Assembly: GCA_963776345.1 (NCBI GenBank)
Contig: CAVZMH010000015.1
Coordinates: forward strand, 384,001 to 448,000
DNA: 64,000 nucleotides
Direction of reading: 5' to 3'
DNA from: an uncultured delta proteobacterium
GTDB lineage: Bacteria; Myxococcota; Myxococcia; Myxococcales; Myxococcaceae
The notes beneath the pieces are model-generated. The model was not told the origin of the DNA. It saw only the letters and a program-made list of their open reading frames with translations, and made no database searches. Shown here piece after piece: positions 40,746 to 49,484 of the stretch. A program made the position numbers and the translations under genes. The number at the start of each line of letters is the position of its first letter. The stretch's first letter is position 1.

Positions 40746-41555
40746 TCAGGATTCCTCCTCGAAGTAGGCCACCAGCTCGGCCGCGTAGCGCAGCTGCTGC
40801 AGTAGCTCGGCCCGGCGCCCCGGCTCGAGCGCGTCGAACACCGGCGCCAGCAGCGCCAGGTCCTGGTTCACTTCGCCCATGCGGGCGGTGAGCTCGGAGG
40901 CCAGCTCGTCGGCGTCGACCTCCTCCTCGCCGTCGCTCCCCACCGACTCGGGGGCGAGCCCGTCGTCGGTCGCCCGGGCGCGCAGGAGCATGTCGCGGGC
41001 TGCCGCCGGGAGCCGGCCCTCCTGCTCCAGCCGTCCCTCGAGCTCCGCGAGCTGCTCGTGGGTGGGCGCGGCTCCGTGGAGAATGCCGGCGAGCGCGAGC
41101 AGCAGCGCGTCCTCGTCCGACAGCCGCGCGTGCACCCGCGCCAGCACCGTGGTGCGCTGGAGGAAGCGGAGCGCCGCCACCCGGCGGAACCCGGCCACCA
41201 GCTGGAAGCGGTCCGTGCCCTCGCGCCGGCGCACGTCCACCGGGAACGCCTGCCCCAGCCGCGCGAGGTCCATCGCCAGCCGCCCCACGTCTCCCGCCGG
41301 ACGGAGCTGGAAGGTGTCGTCCTGGTCCAGCGCCTCGAGGGAAATCGGCCGCTCCTCCACTGCCGGCGGGCGCTCGGGGCGCGGGGCCGGCACGGGCTCC
41401 ACCCGCGGAGGCAGCGACGGCATCGCCGTGTCGGCCGCCGCCTCTCCGGCATCGACCGGAGCGGAGCTGGACGGCGCATCGCCCGGCGCGGCCCCGGCCC
41501 CGGGGCGCTCCTCGAGGGGATCCGAGGTCATCTCGTGTGGCTCGGGCGTCTCCAT
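40746..41555 (-). CDS. padC: ParB/Srx-domain bactofilin adaptor PadC
   Basis: LARLGQAFP...QLVAGFRR ParB-like motif; lies directly downstream of three bactofilins as in M. xanthus. Confidence 0.8.
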   Translation of the reverse strand: METPEPHEMTSDPLEERPGAGAAPGDAPSSSAPVDAGEAAADTAMPSLPPRVEPVPAPRPERPPAVEERPISLEALDQDDTFQLRPAGDVGRLAMDLARLGQAFPVDVRRREGTDRFQLVAGFRRVAALRFLQRTTVLARVHARLSDEDALLLALAGILHGAAPTHEQLAELEGRLEQEGRLPAAARDMLLRARATDDGLAPESVGSDGEEEVDADELASELTARMGEVNQDLALLAPVFDALEPGRRAELLQQLRYAAELVAYFEEES

Positions 41556-41611
41556 TGGACCGTCCCGGACACGCTACCGCGGGCGGGGGCCCGCGGGAAC
41601 GTGCCCGCCGG

Positions 41612-42223
41612 TCACTTCTTCTTCTTCAGCACGACCTTCTTCTTGGCCCCGGCGGCGACCACCGGCGGCGTGGGAGGCGCAGGCGGAGGCGTCCGGGCCT
41701 CGGTGCGGACGATGCCCGGCATGCCTCCCGGCTTGCGGGCGGCCGCGGTCGCGCCGGCGCCGCCGGGACGCGCGGCAGTGGCGGAAGCCGTCGCCGGACG
41801 CGGCGGCGGAGGCGGCAGGCTCCGGACCGTGGGCCGGAGCTGGGTGCGCGGAGTGCTCCGCTCGGGGAGGCTGCGGCCCGGCGGCAGCTCGCCCATGTCG
41901 ACCCGGCCGCGGAAGCTGGCCCCGTCGACGATGATCACCCGGGGCGCGCGGATGTCACCGACCATCCGGCCCTCCTGGGTCAGCTCCACGCTCTCGCTGG
42001 CCTGGATGTTCCCCACCACCACGCCGCTGACCACCGCGTTCTTCACCGTGACGTTGGCTTTCACCACGCCCGACGGCTCGACGATGAGGGTCTTGGTGAG
42101 GGACAGCTCGCCCTCCACGCGCCCGCGGACCGTGAGGTCCTCGTCACCGGTGAGCTTCCCGTTGATGAGGATGGAGGGACCGATGACCGTGTTGCCGCTC
42201 GCGACCAGATCCTTGGCGGCCAT
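41612..42223 (-). CDS. bacP: Bactofilin BacP (Pro-rich, basic C-terminal tail)
   Basis: Bactofilin domain (TVIGPS...DGASFRG) plus disordered tail ending KKKVVLKKKK; third gene of the trio. Confidence 0.85.
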   Translation of the reverse strand: MAAKDLVASGNTVIGPSILINGKLTGDEDLTVRGRVEGELSLTKTLIVEPSGVVKANVTVKNAVVSGVVVGNIQASESVELTQEGRMVGDIRAPRVIIVDGASFRGRVDMGELPPGRSLPERSTPRTQLRPTVRSLPPPPPRPATASATAARPGGAGATAAARKPGGMPGIVRTEARTPPPAPPTPPVVAAGAKKKVVLKKKK

Positions 42224-42226
42224 GGG

Positions 42227-42550
42227 TCAGCGTTCCTTCACGTCCATGTCCACGTTGCCCTTGAAGCTCGCGCCGTCGGCGATGAGGATCCGCGGCGCCT
42301 TCACGTCGCCCACCACCCGGCAGTCGGCCTTGAGCTCGACCTTGTCGCTGGCCTGGATGTTCCCCGTGACGCGGCCGGCGATCTCCACGTTCTGGGTCTC
42401 GATGTCCGCCTCCACCACACCCGAGCCCTCGACGAAGAGACTCTCGCGCAGCGAGATCTTCCCCTTCACCGTGCCCTGGATGACGAGGTCCTCGTCGCCC
42501 GAGATCTCTCCGTCGATGACGATGCTGGATCCGATGACCGTGTTCGCCAC
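42227..42550 (-). CDS. bacO: Bactofilin BacO
   Basis: TVIGSSIVIDGEI...ADGASFKGNVDM; middle gene of the trio. Confidence 0.82.
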   Translation of the reverse strand: MANTVIGSSIVIDGEISGDEDLVIQGTVKGKISLRESLFVEGSGVVEADIETQNVEIAGRVTGNIQASDKVELKADCRVVGDVKAPRILIADGASFKGNVDMDVKER

Positions 42551-42681
42551 GTGCGTTCCGTCCTTCCCGTGTCAGTCCCGACGGCGACGGGAGCGCGGGA
42601 CGCACCCGCGGAGTCCCCTCGCGCCGGAGAAGCTTCGTGAACCTGTCCGAATGTCGCTCCGCCCTCGCCGCCCAGACCGCG

Positions 42682-43026
42682 CTAGATGTCCTCGGGCAGC
42701 TTGACGTCCATCTCGATGGAGCCGTTGAACACCGCGCCGTCCTCGATCACCACCCGGGGCGCCTTGATGTCACCCGCCACCTTCGCCGAGGCGGAGATGG
42801 CCACGCGCGAGCTCGCGTCGATGTTGCCGCTCGCCTCGCCGTTGATGGTCAGCTCCTCGGCCCGGATGTCGGCCTGCACGCGCCCGGTGCTCTCGATGGT
42901 CAGGTGGTTCTTGAGGGCGATCTGCCCCTCCACCCTGCCCTCGATGACCAGATTGCCGCCGCCGGTGAGGTTGCCCCGGATGACGATGCCCTTCCCGATG
43001 ATTCCGACCTGATCGGCCTGTGCCAT
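42682..43026 (-). CDS. bacN: Bactofilin BacN
   Basis: IIGKGIVIRGNL...EDGAVFNGSIEM; first gene of the trio. Confidence 0.82.
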   Translation of the reverse strand: MAQADQVGIIGKGIVIRGNLTGGGNLVIEGRVEGQIALKNHLTIESTGRVQADIRAEELTINGEASGNIDASSRVAISASAKVAGDIKAPRVVIEDGAVFNGSIEMDVKLPEDI

Positions 43027-43055
43027 CCTCACCCCTGTCGCGTGAAAACGGTACG

Positions 43056-43907
43056 CTAGAGATGCTCTGAGATCCAGCGAGAGGTTGCCGCGTACACCTC
43101 CTCCTTGCCGATCTCGTTGAAGATCTCGTGTCGCATGGACGGCCACTCCCGGAGCCGCTTGTCGGAGATGGTCAGCGTCTCGAACCAGCGGCGCGACACC
43201 GGCGCGGACGCGACGCGATCCTCTCCGGGCAGCATCAGCAGCACTGGAATCCGGAGCCGGGCCCCGGCGCCCAGCACCTCGCGCTGCATCCGGGTGTGCT
43301 CGGTGTACCAGCGTGGGGTCGCCTTGCGGCCGTAGAGCGGGTCCTCGTCCGTGGCCCGCTGCCAGGCCGGATCCCGGCTCAGGTCGGCCGAGGCGATACC
43401 GGTGGGGATGGGGAGCGAGGGGGAGAGGCGCGAGAGCAGCACCGCGGGCGCCGTCTTCCACGCCGGCGGGGCGACGGCCAGGCCGAGGTAGGGCGCGGAG
43501 AGGACCAGCCCGCGCAGATCGAACGTCCGCGGAGCATCGGCGCCCCGACCCAGCAGCCAGCTCAGCGCGATGAGGCCGCCGTGGCTGTGCGCCACGATGA
43601 AGAGCGGCAGACCCGCGGCGAGCGGGTGGACCGACCGGACGAAGGCCTCGAGCTCGTCGGTGTACTCGCCGAAGGTGCCGACCCCGCCGCGTGGCCCGTC
43701 GCTGCGGCCGTGCCCGCGGGTGTCGTAGGCGTGCACCGCGAAGTGCTCGGCGAGCATCGCGTCACGGAACGTGCGGTATCGGCCCAGGTGGTCGCCGTAG
43801 CCGTGCACCAGGACGAGGTGCGCCCGGGCGCCATCGGGGACGTCGCGCTCGAACCACAGGCGCGTCCCGTCCGGCGCCGAGAGGTGACCTTCCTGGTGGT
43901 GGTTCAT
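43056..43907 (-). CDS. agmH: Alpha/beta hydrolase (lysophospholipase, AgmH-like)
   Basis: VHGYGDH, DTRGHGRS, AHSHGG, HEIFNE; symbol from recalled M. xanthus synteny. Confidence 0.7.
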   Translation of the reverse strand: MNHHQEGHLSAPDGTRLWFERDVPDGARAHLVLVHGYGDHLGRYRTFRDAMLAEHFAVHAYDTRGHGRSDGPRGGVGTFGEYTDELEAFVRSVHPLAAGLPLFIVAHSHGGLIALSWLLGRGADAPRTFDLRGLVLSAPYLGLAVAPPAWKTAPAVLLSRLSPSLPIPTGIASADLSRDPAWQRATDEDPLYGRKATPRWYTEHTRMQREVLGAGARLRIPVLLMLPGEDRVASAPVSRRWFETLTISDKRLREWPSMRHEIFNEIGKEEVYAATSRWISEHL

Positions 43908-44091
43908 CGGGGACCGGCCCCCGGAGAAGCGAGGCGGGCGGAGCATGCCCGGCGCATCTGACGCGGGTCCACCCGAAGTCACATCGCTCGTGACAGTGAG
44001 GGCATGCGCCGAGCCGTCCCCGTCACGCCGGGGGGTGCTCCCCGCCCTCGCTCGAGGCCCGCCGGGACGGCGGCACTGCCCGCCGGGGGGC

Positions 44092-45918
44092 TCAGCGATC
44101 CGCGACCGGCGAGGTGAGCGCCTTCAGCTTCCGCTCCACCGCCGCGGTGCGCTCGCGGGCCTGCGGGTCGTCCGCGGTCCGGATCGCCTCCAGCGCCCGG
44201 CGGTACGCGCCCACCGCGTCGTCCCTCCGGCTCGCGCCGCCGTACGCATCCCCGAGGTGCTCGAGGATGGTGGGCTCGTCCGGCTCGAGCTCGGCCGCGC
44301 GCTCCAGTGTGCCTGCGGCGTGCGTCACGTCGCCCCGCCGGAACTGCACCCACCCCAGCGAGTCGAGGTAGGCGCCGCTGTCCGGCTGGATCGCGAGGGC
44401 GCGGCGCACCAGCCGCTCCGCCTCCTCGAGCTGCTCGCCATGGTCCGCCAGCGTGTAGCCGATGAAGTTCAGCGCCGCGGCGTTGCGTGGATTCACCTCC
44501 AGCAGCTGGCGCATCCGGGCCAGCGCCTCGCCCGTGGCGCCGCCGCGCTCGAGGACGGTCCCCAGCGCGTACAGGAGCTCCTCGTCGCGCGGGTGCGCCT
44601 GGAGCGCCTCGGTGAGGACCGAGACCGCCTCGGCGTGAGCCCCGGTGCGGGAGAAGATCTGCGCCAGTGCTGTCACCAGCCCGGTGCTGCCCGACGCCCG
44701 GATGCGCACTTCCAGGAATCGCTCGGCCCGGCCCGGAGCGCCGATGGCCTCGAGCACCGCGGCGTGTCCGGCCTCGAGCGCCACGTCGCCCGGAGCCTGC
44801 CGGAGCCCGTCGGCCGTGGCCTGCTCGGCGGCGGCCGGCTCCCCGGCGCGGGCCAGCGCGAGGCCCCGCTGCACCACCGCGTCCTTCCACCCCGGCGCGC
44901 CGGGAGGCACCTGGCCGTAGGCCCGGGCCGCGTCTGCCCAGCGGCCCACCTTCCCCTGCACCAGGCCCAGCGCGAGCAGCAGGCGCGGATCCTCGCTGCC
45001 CGAGCGCGCCTGCTCGAGGACCCGGACCGCGCGCGCCGGCTTCCCCGCCGACAGCCAGGTCAGGGCGATCCTGAGGGACTGCTCCGGGCCGCCATCCAGC
45101 GAGGCCAGCCGGTCCAGGTAGGCGCGCGCCCGCGGCTCCGAGCCCGACCTGAGCGCCAGCCGGCCGGCCCGCAGCAGCACCTCGCGCGAATCCGGATCGC
45201 GCTCCAGCGCCCGGCCGTACGCGGCCTCGGCGTCCGCGGAGCGGCCGAGCGACTCCAGCGCCTCGCCCAGCGCGCCCTGGGCCTCGGCGTCGCCCGGATC
45301 GATCTGCACCGTCTTCGCCAGGAGCGCACGCGCGGTCTCGGGCTCGCCACGGTCGAGCAGCGCCACGCCCAGCCGCTTGAGGCCGGTGGTGTCCCGGTTG
45401 AGGTCGGCGAGCGCCTGCACCGTGTGCACCGCCTCGTCGGGGTGGCCCGCCTCGAGCGCCATCTCCGCGAGGAGGAGGTACGGCTCCTGCTCGCGCGGGG
45501 CGAGCTTCCGGACCCGCTCCAGCACCTCGCGCGCTCGCTGTGGCCGGTCGGTCTCGAAGAGCAGCCGTCCGAGGAAGAGGAGCGCCGGGACATGGTCCGG
45601 CCGTCTCTCCAGCAGCCCCCGGGCGGTGGCCTCGGCGCGCGCCGGCGCCCCGGCCCGGGCCTGCGCCTCGGCGAGCGCGAGCAGCAGCTCGGCACGGCCA
45701 GGGTCCGAGGCCAGCGCGAGCCGGAGCTGCTCCACGCTGCGCGCCTGCTCCCCCTGGAGCGCCAGCAGCCGCGCGCGGAGGAAGTGGGCGTACGCCGAGG
45801 CCGACGAGTAGTCGTCGCTCGGCGCCTCCATCGCCTCCTTCATCGCCGACACGTCCACGCGGGGGTGCGCCGGCGAGGCGCCGAGGAGGACGAAGGCGGC
45901 GAGGACTGGAGCGACCAC
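44092..45918 (-). CDS. Secreted multi-TPR protein (start approximate)
   Basis: Signal peptide, many TPRs, ALNFIGYTLA...YLDSLGWV...ILEHLGDAY. Confidence 0.85.
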   Translation of the reverse strand: MVAPVLAAFVLLGASPAHPRVDVSAMKEAMEAPSDDYSSASAYAHFLRARLLALQGEQARSVEQLRLALASDPGRAELLLALAEAQARAGAPARAEATARGLLERRPDHVPALLFLGRLLFETDRPQRAREVLERVRKLAPREQEPYLLLAEMALEAGHPDEAVHTVQALADLNRDTTGLKRLGVALLDRGEPETARALLAKTVQIDPGDAEAQGALGEALESLGRSADAEAAYGRALERDPDSREVLLRAGRLALRSGSEPRARAYLDRLASLDGGPEQSLRIALTWLSAGKPARAVRVLEQARSGSEDPRLLLALGLVQGKVGRWADAARAYGQVPPGAPGWKDAVVQRGLALARAGEPAAAEQATADGLRQAPGDVALEAGHAAVLEAIGAPGRAERFLEVRIRASGSTGLVTALAQIFSRTGAHAEAVSVLTEALQAHPRDEELLYALGTVLERGGATGEALARMRQLLEVNPRNAAALNFIGYTLADHGEQLEEAERLVRRALAIQPDSGAYLDSLGWVQFRRGDVTHAAGTLERAAELEPDEPTILEHLGDAYGGASRRDDAVGAYRRALEAIRTADDPQARERTAAVERKLKALTSPVADR

Positions 45919-45988
45919 GGCAGGGTTCCCTGGGCAGGAGCCTAGCAGGGGGCCCTGGAGGGGTGCGCGGCACCCCGGGCCGGGAACG

Positions 45989-48160
45989 TCAGCGCTCCTT
46001 CCGGCCCTCGAGCAGGTGGTCCAGCACCGCCTCGGGGAGCTCCCGGCCCGGCACCTCGGCCACCTCCACCTGGCAACGGAGGCTGGTGGAGGCGCGGAGG
46101 TCGGACTCCACGCGAGCGAAGACCGCCATCGCCTGCTCCCTGGTGCACTCCGGGAGCAGCGCGGCGAAGGTCCCCTGCCCCAGGTGGGCGAGCACGTCCG
46201 GGTGGCGGAGGCGCTCGCGCATCCGGGCGGCGGCGGTCCGGAGCAGCTCCGGGTTGACCGCGTCGGTCCGGGCCACCGCGAGGGAGAGCGGCCGCCCGTA
46301 GCGCCGGGCGCGGGCCGCCTCCTGGGTGAGCCGGGCCACGAGCCCGCGCCGGTCGAGGAGCCCGGTCTCGGCGTCCGCCACCCCGACCGTGGGCGCATCC
46401 GAATCGCCGGGAGCCGCCGCGGGGCGGCGGTTGACCGACAGGGCGCGCTCGGCCCGCTGCAGCAGCTCGGAGGCGTGGAACGGCTTCGCCAGGTAGTCCA
46501 CCGCCCCGAGGTTCAGGGCCCGCACCCGGTCGGCGACTCCCACCTGCGCCGACACGAGGATGACCGGGATGTCGGCGGTGTCGCTCGAGGCCTTGAGCGA
46601 GATGACGGCGTCGAGCCCATCCAGGTGGGGCAGGAAGACGTCCATCACCACCAGATCCGGATGGAGCGCGTGCACCTTCGCCACGCCCTCGCGCCCGTCG
46701 CGGGCCACCTCCACCCGGTAGCGCTTTCGAAGGATGCCCTCCAGGACGGCGGCGATGTCCGGCTCGTCCTCGACGATGAGCACCCGGGGCTGCTCGCCGA
46801 CCACGGCCTGAAGCTTGGGGACGGCCTTCCGGTCCTCCTGGGCGAGCGGCAGGGTGAAGACGAAGGCGCATCCGCCCTCCGCGGGCCGCTCGGCCCAGAT
46901 CTCCCCACCGTGCAGCTCGACGAACTCCTTGCAGATGGCGAGGCCCAGGCCCGTCCCGCCCGGCCCGTGCCGGTAGCGGTCGAAGACCAGGTGCATCTGC
47001 TCTTCGGGCATGCCGGGCCCGTCGTCGTGGACGACCACCTTCACCACCGGACCGTCCGGGCGGTGCAGTACCTCGCCCTCGACCAGCACCGTGCCCTTCT
47101 TGGCTGCGTGCTCGAGCCCGTTGGTGATGAGGTTCTGGAGCACCTCGCGGAGCTTCAGCTCGTCGCCCATCACCGGCAGCCGCTCGGGGGCGTGGGCGCT
47201 GAGCGCCACCCCGCGCTCGGCGGCGAGGATCTCCAGCTCGAACGCGCAGTCGCGCGCCACGCGCCCCACGTCGAGCAGCTGCACGTCGAGCGCCACCCGC
47301 GCCTGCTCCCCCTTCCCCCGGTCGAGGAGCGACTCGACCATCTTCAGGATCTTCCGGGACTGCCGGACGATGGCCTCGGCGGAGGTCCGGAGGTCCCCGG
47401 GGAGGTTGGCGTCCTCCAGCATCCGGCCGTGGCCGAGCGTCACTTGCAGCGGAGCCCGGAGGTCATGGCTGATGATGGCGATCAGCTCGTCCTTGAAGCG
47501 GGCCATCTCGCGCAGCCGGCGGTTGGCCTCGCCCAGCTCGCGGTAACGCTCCACGTAGGCCAGCTCGAGGTCGTCGCGCTTCTTCTGGACCGAGGCGTGC
47601 AGCTTGGCGTTGCGGACCGAGTTGGCCAGCGCCGCGGCCACCGCCTTGGCGAACTCCTGCTCCTCGGGCCCGAAGGCCCCTCGCTTCCTCGACAGGCGGA
47701 GGAACAGCGCCCCCACCAGGTCATCCTGGCTGATGAGCGGCTGGACCAGGATGCTCGCCACCCCGAGGGGGGCGATGGCCGGCATCACGTCCGCCATCAG
47801 CGGGTCCTCGAGCGCGTCCTCGATGTAGGTCGCCTCGCGGGTCTGGAGCGAGCGGCGGAGCTCCGGGTACTTGGAGAGGTCGATTGTGATGGGGCGGTAG
47901 TCGTCCCGCTCGCGGGTCGCCATCACCACGGCCTCGGTGGAGCTCGGCGAATCCACCAGGACGACCGAGCAGCGGTCGGTGGGGAGCACCTGGCTCACCT
48001 TCTCCACCGCAATCTTGAGGATTCTCTCCAGCTCCAGGGACGAGGTGGCCGCCTGGGTGATGTCCAGGAGCATCGCCATGCGCGCGGCGATGCGCCCTTC
48101 ACGGTCGCCTGCCGCCTCCGGCGGGCGCACCAGCGCCGACGTGGAACTCTCCCCGCTCAT
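45989..48160 (-). CDS. sgmT: Hybrid histidine kinase GAF-HisKA-HATPase-REC-degenerate GGDEF (SgmT-like)
   Basis: SHDLRAPL, NLITNG, GLGLAI, REC VMDVFLP, I-site RHPD, degenerate GQGTF; architecture and position match SgmT. Confidence 0.82.
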   Translation of the reverse strand: MSGESSTSALVRPPEAAGDREGRIAARMAMLLDITQAATSSLELERILKIAVEKVSQVLPTDRCSVVLVDSPSSTEAVVMATRERDDYRPITIDLSKYPELRRSLQTREATYIEDALEDPLMADVMPAIAPLGVASILVQPLISQDDLVGALFLRLSRKRGAFGPEEQEFAKAVAAALANSVRNAKLHASVQKKRDDLELAYVERYRELGEANRRLREMARFKDELIAIISHDLRAPLQVTLGHGRMLEDANLPGDLRTSAEAIVRQSRKILKMVESLLDRGKGEQARVALDVQLLDVGRVARDCAFELEILAAERGVALSAHAPERLPVMGDELKLREVLQNLITNGLEHAAKKGTVLVEGEVLHRPDGPVVKVVVHDDGPGMPEEQMHLVFDRYRHGPGGTGLGLAICKEFVELHGGEIWAERPAEGGCAFVFTLPLAQEDRKAVPKLQAVVGEQPRVLIVEDEPDIAAVLEGILRKRYRVEVARDGREGVAKVHALHPDLVVMDVFLPHLDGLDAVISLKASSDTADIPVILVSAQVGVADRVRALNLGAVDYLAKPFHASELLQRAERALSVNRRPAAAPGDSDAPTVGVADAETGLLDRRGLVARLTQEAARARRYGRPLSLAVARTDAVNPELLRTAAARMRERLRHPDVLAHLGQGTFAALLPECTREQAMAVFARVESDLRASTSLRCQVEVAEVPGRELPEAVLDHLLEGRKER

Positions 48161-48248
48161 CCGCGCTCCAATTTTCCTAGATTTTCCAGGGACTGGCCAG
48201 CGCCCCCGTCAAGGAGTCGGCATCGACCCCATTCGGCGGTCGGGGGTG

Positions 48249-48995
48249 TCACGGACGGCGTGCCACCAGGAGGACCTCGCGGTTCCCGGCAGGCCCATGG
48301 ACGGGAGAATCCATCGTCCCCACGGGGGTGAGGCCAAGCTGCTCCAGGCACGCCCTGACCCGCGCCACCGCCTCCGCCCGCACTGCGTCATCCCGCACCA
48401 CCCCACCCTTGCCAACCTGGTCCCGCCCCGCCTCGAACTGTGGCTTCACCAGCGCGACCGCCACCCCGCCCGGGCGAAGAAGCCGGACCGTCGCCGGCAG
48501 GACCTGGGTGAGCGAGATGAAGCTCACGTCGAGGACCAGAACCGAGACCGGCTCGGGCAGCTCCGACGGGCCCAGGTGCCGAGCATTCACCCCCTCCCGG
48601 AGCACCACCCGGGGGTCGCTCCGCAGCCGGGCGTGCAGCTGACCGCGCCCGACGTCGAGCGCGTACACCCTGGCCGCGCCGGCCTGGAGCAGGCAGTCGG
48701 TGAACCCGCCGGTGCTCGCCCCGATGTCGGCGCAGACGGCGCCCCGGACGTCGAGCTGGAAGTGGCGCAGCGCGGCCTCGAGCTTCAGCCCGCCGCGGGA
48801 CACGTAGGGCATCGGCTCGCCCTTGAGCCGCACCGCGGCCTCCACCGGGACGCGGGTGCCGGACTTGTCCACCCGCTGGTCGTCGACCACCACCTGGCCG
48901 GCGAGCACCAGCGCCTGGGCCTTCGCGCGAGTGGGCGCGAGCCCGAGCTCGACCAGCAGGACGTCCAGCCGCTCCTTCTTCAGGCGCTCGCTCAC
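48249..48995 (-). CDS. tlyA: TlyA rRNA 2'-O-methyltransferase
   Basis: ERLDVLLV (S4 domain), YVSRGGLKL, DIGASTGGFTDCLLQ, DVSFISL, KPQFE, GPAGNRE. Confidence 0.95.
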   Translation of the reverse strand: MSERLKKERLDVLLVELGLAPTRAKAQALVLAGQVVVDDQRVDKSGTRVPVEAAVRLKGEPMPYVSRGGLKLEAALRHFQLDVRGAVCADIGASTGGFTDCLLQAGAARVYALDVGRGQLHARLRSDPRVVLREGVNARHLGPSELPEPVSVLVLDVSFISLTQVLPATVRLLRPGGVAVALVKPQFEAGRDQVGKGGVVRDDAVRAEAVARVRACLEQLGLTPVGTMDSPVHGPAGNREVLLVARRP

Positions 48996-49192
48996 GGCAA
49001 GGGGATGTTCGCTGTCGCGGGCCTGGAAGTCTCGGCCGAATGCGCTCGCGAGACAGCGCGAGGGGCCGCCCCGAGAGGAAGCCCGGGCTCCGGATGCGTG
49101 GTCGCGGCGACGTTCTCGACGCTGGCCTCGATGTCGAGCCCTGGCGGGCTGCAACGGTCCGGGCGGCGCGGGGAGCGTTCGCCTACCGAACC

Positions 49193-49279
49193 TCTTGGGG
49201 GGTCAACTGGACAGGAAACGCACCTGACGATTTCTGGGAAATAGACAGGTGACTTACCTGAATAGTCAGACCCCTCTTG
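49193..49279. repeat. 77-bp imperfect dyad (38-bp arms) flanked by 5-bp direct repeat TCTTG
   Basis: Arms 49198-49235 and 49237-49274 match 25/38 ungapped; TCTTG at 49193-49197 and 49275-49279. Confidence 0.7.
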
Positions 49280-49484
49280 TTGATGCCGCTGGACGCGGAT
49301 GGCGTCGCCTGCGCCGGGCCGGGCCGGCTCCGCGCCCAACCTGAGGGTTCGAGATCGCGGAGGCCGTGCTGGACCGCCCCCGAGCCAGCCCACCGTTCCC
49401 CTCCTTCCTCGGGGCGACCGGGGCGAGTCGCGTCGGTCCCCTCCATTCCAGGGCGCAGGCTGAGCCTGCCTCGCCCCTCCCGGG

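Noticed and set aside
43978..43994. GTCAC-N7-GTGAC palindrome upstream of agmH-bacNOP
   Set aside because: A short single instance that I cannot tie to a known regulator; could be chance.
49000..49480. 6S RNA or a known riboswitch in the dxs-tlyA gap
   Set aside because: No recognisable conserved motifs or typical 6S gene context; kept only as an unexplained dyad.
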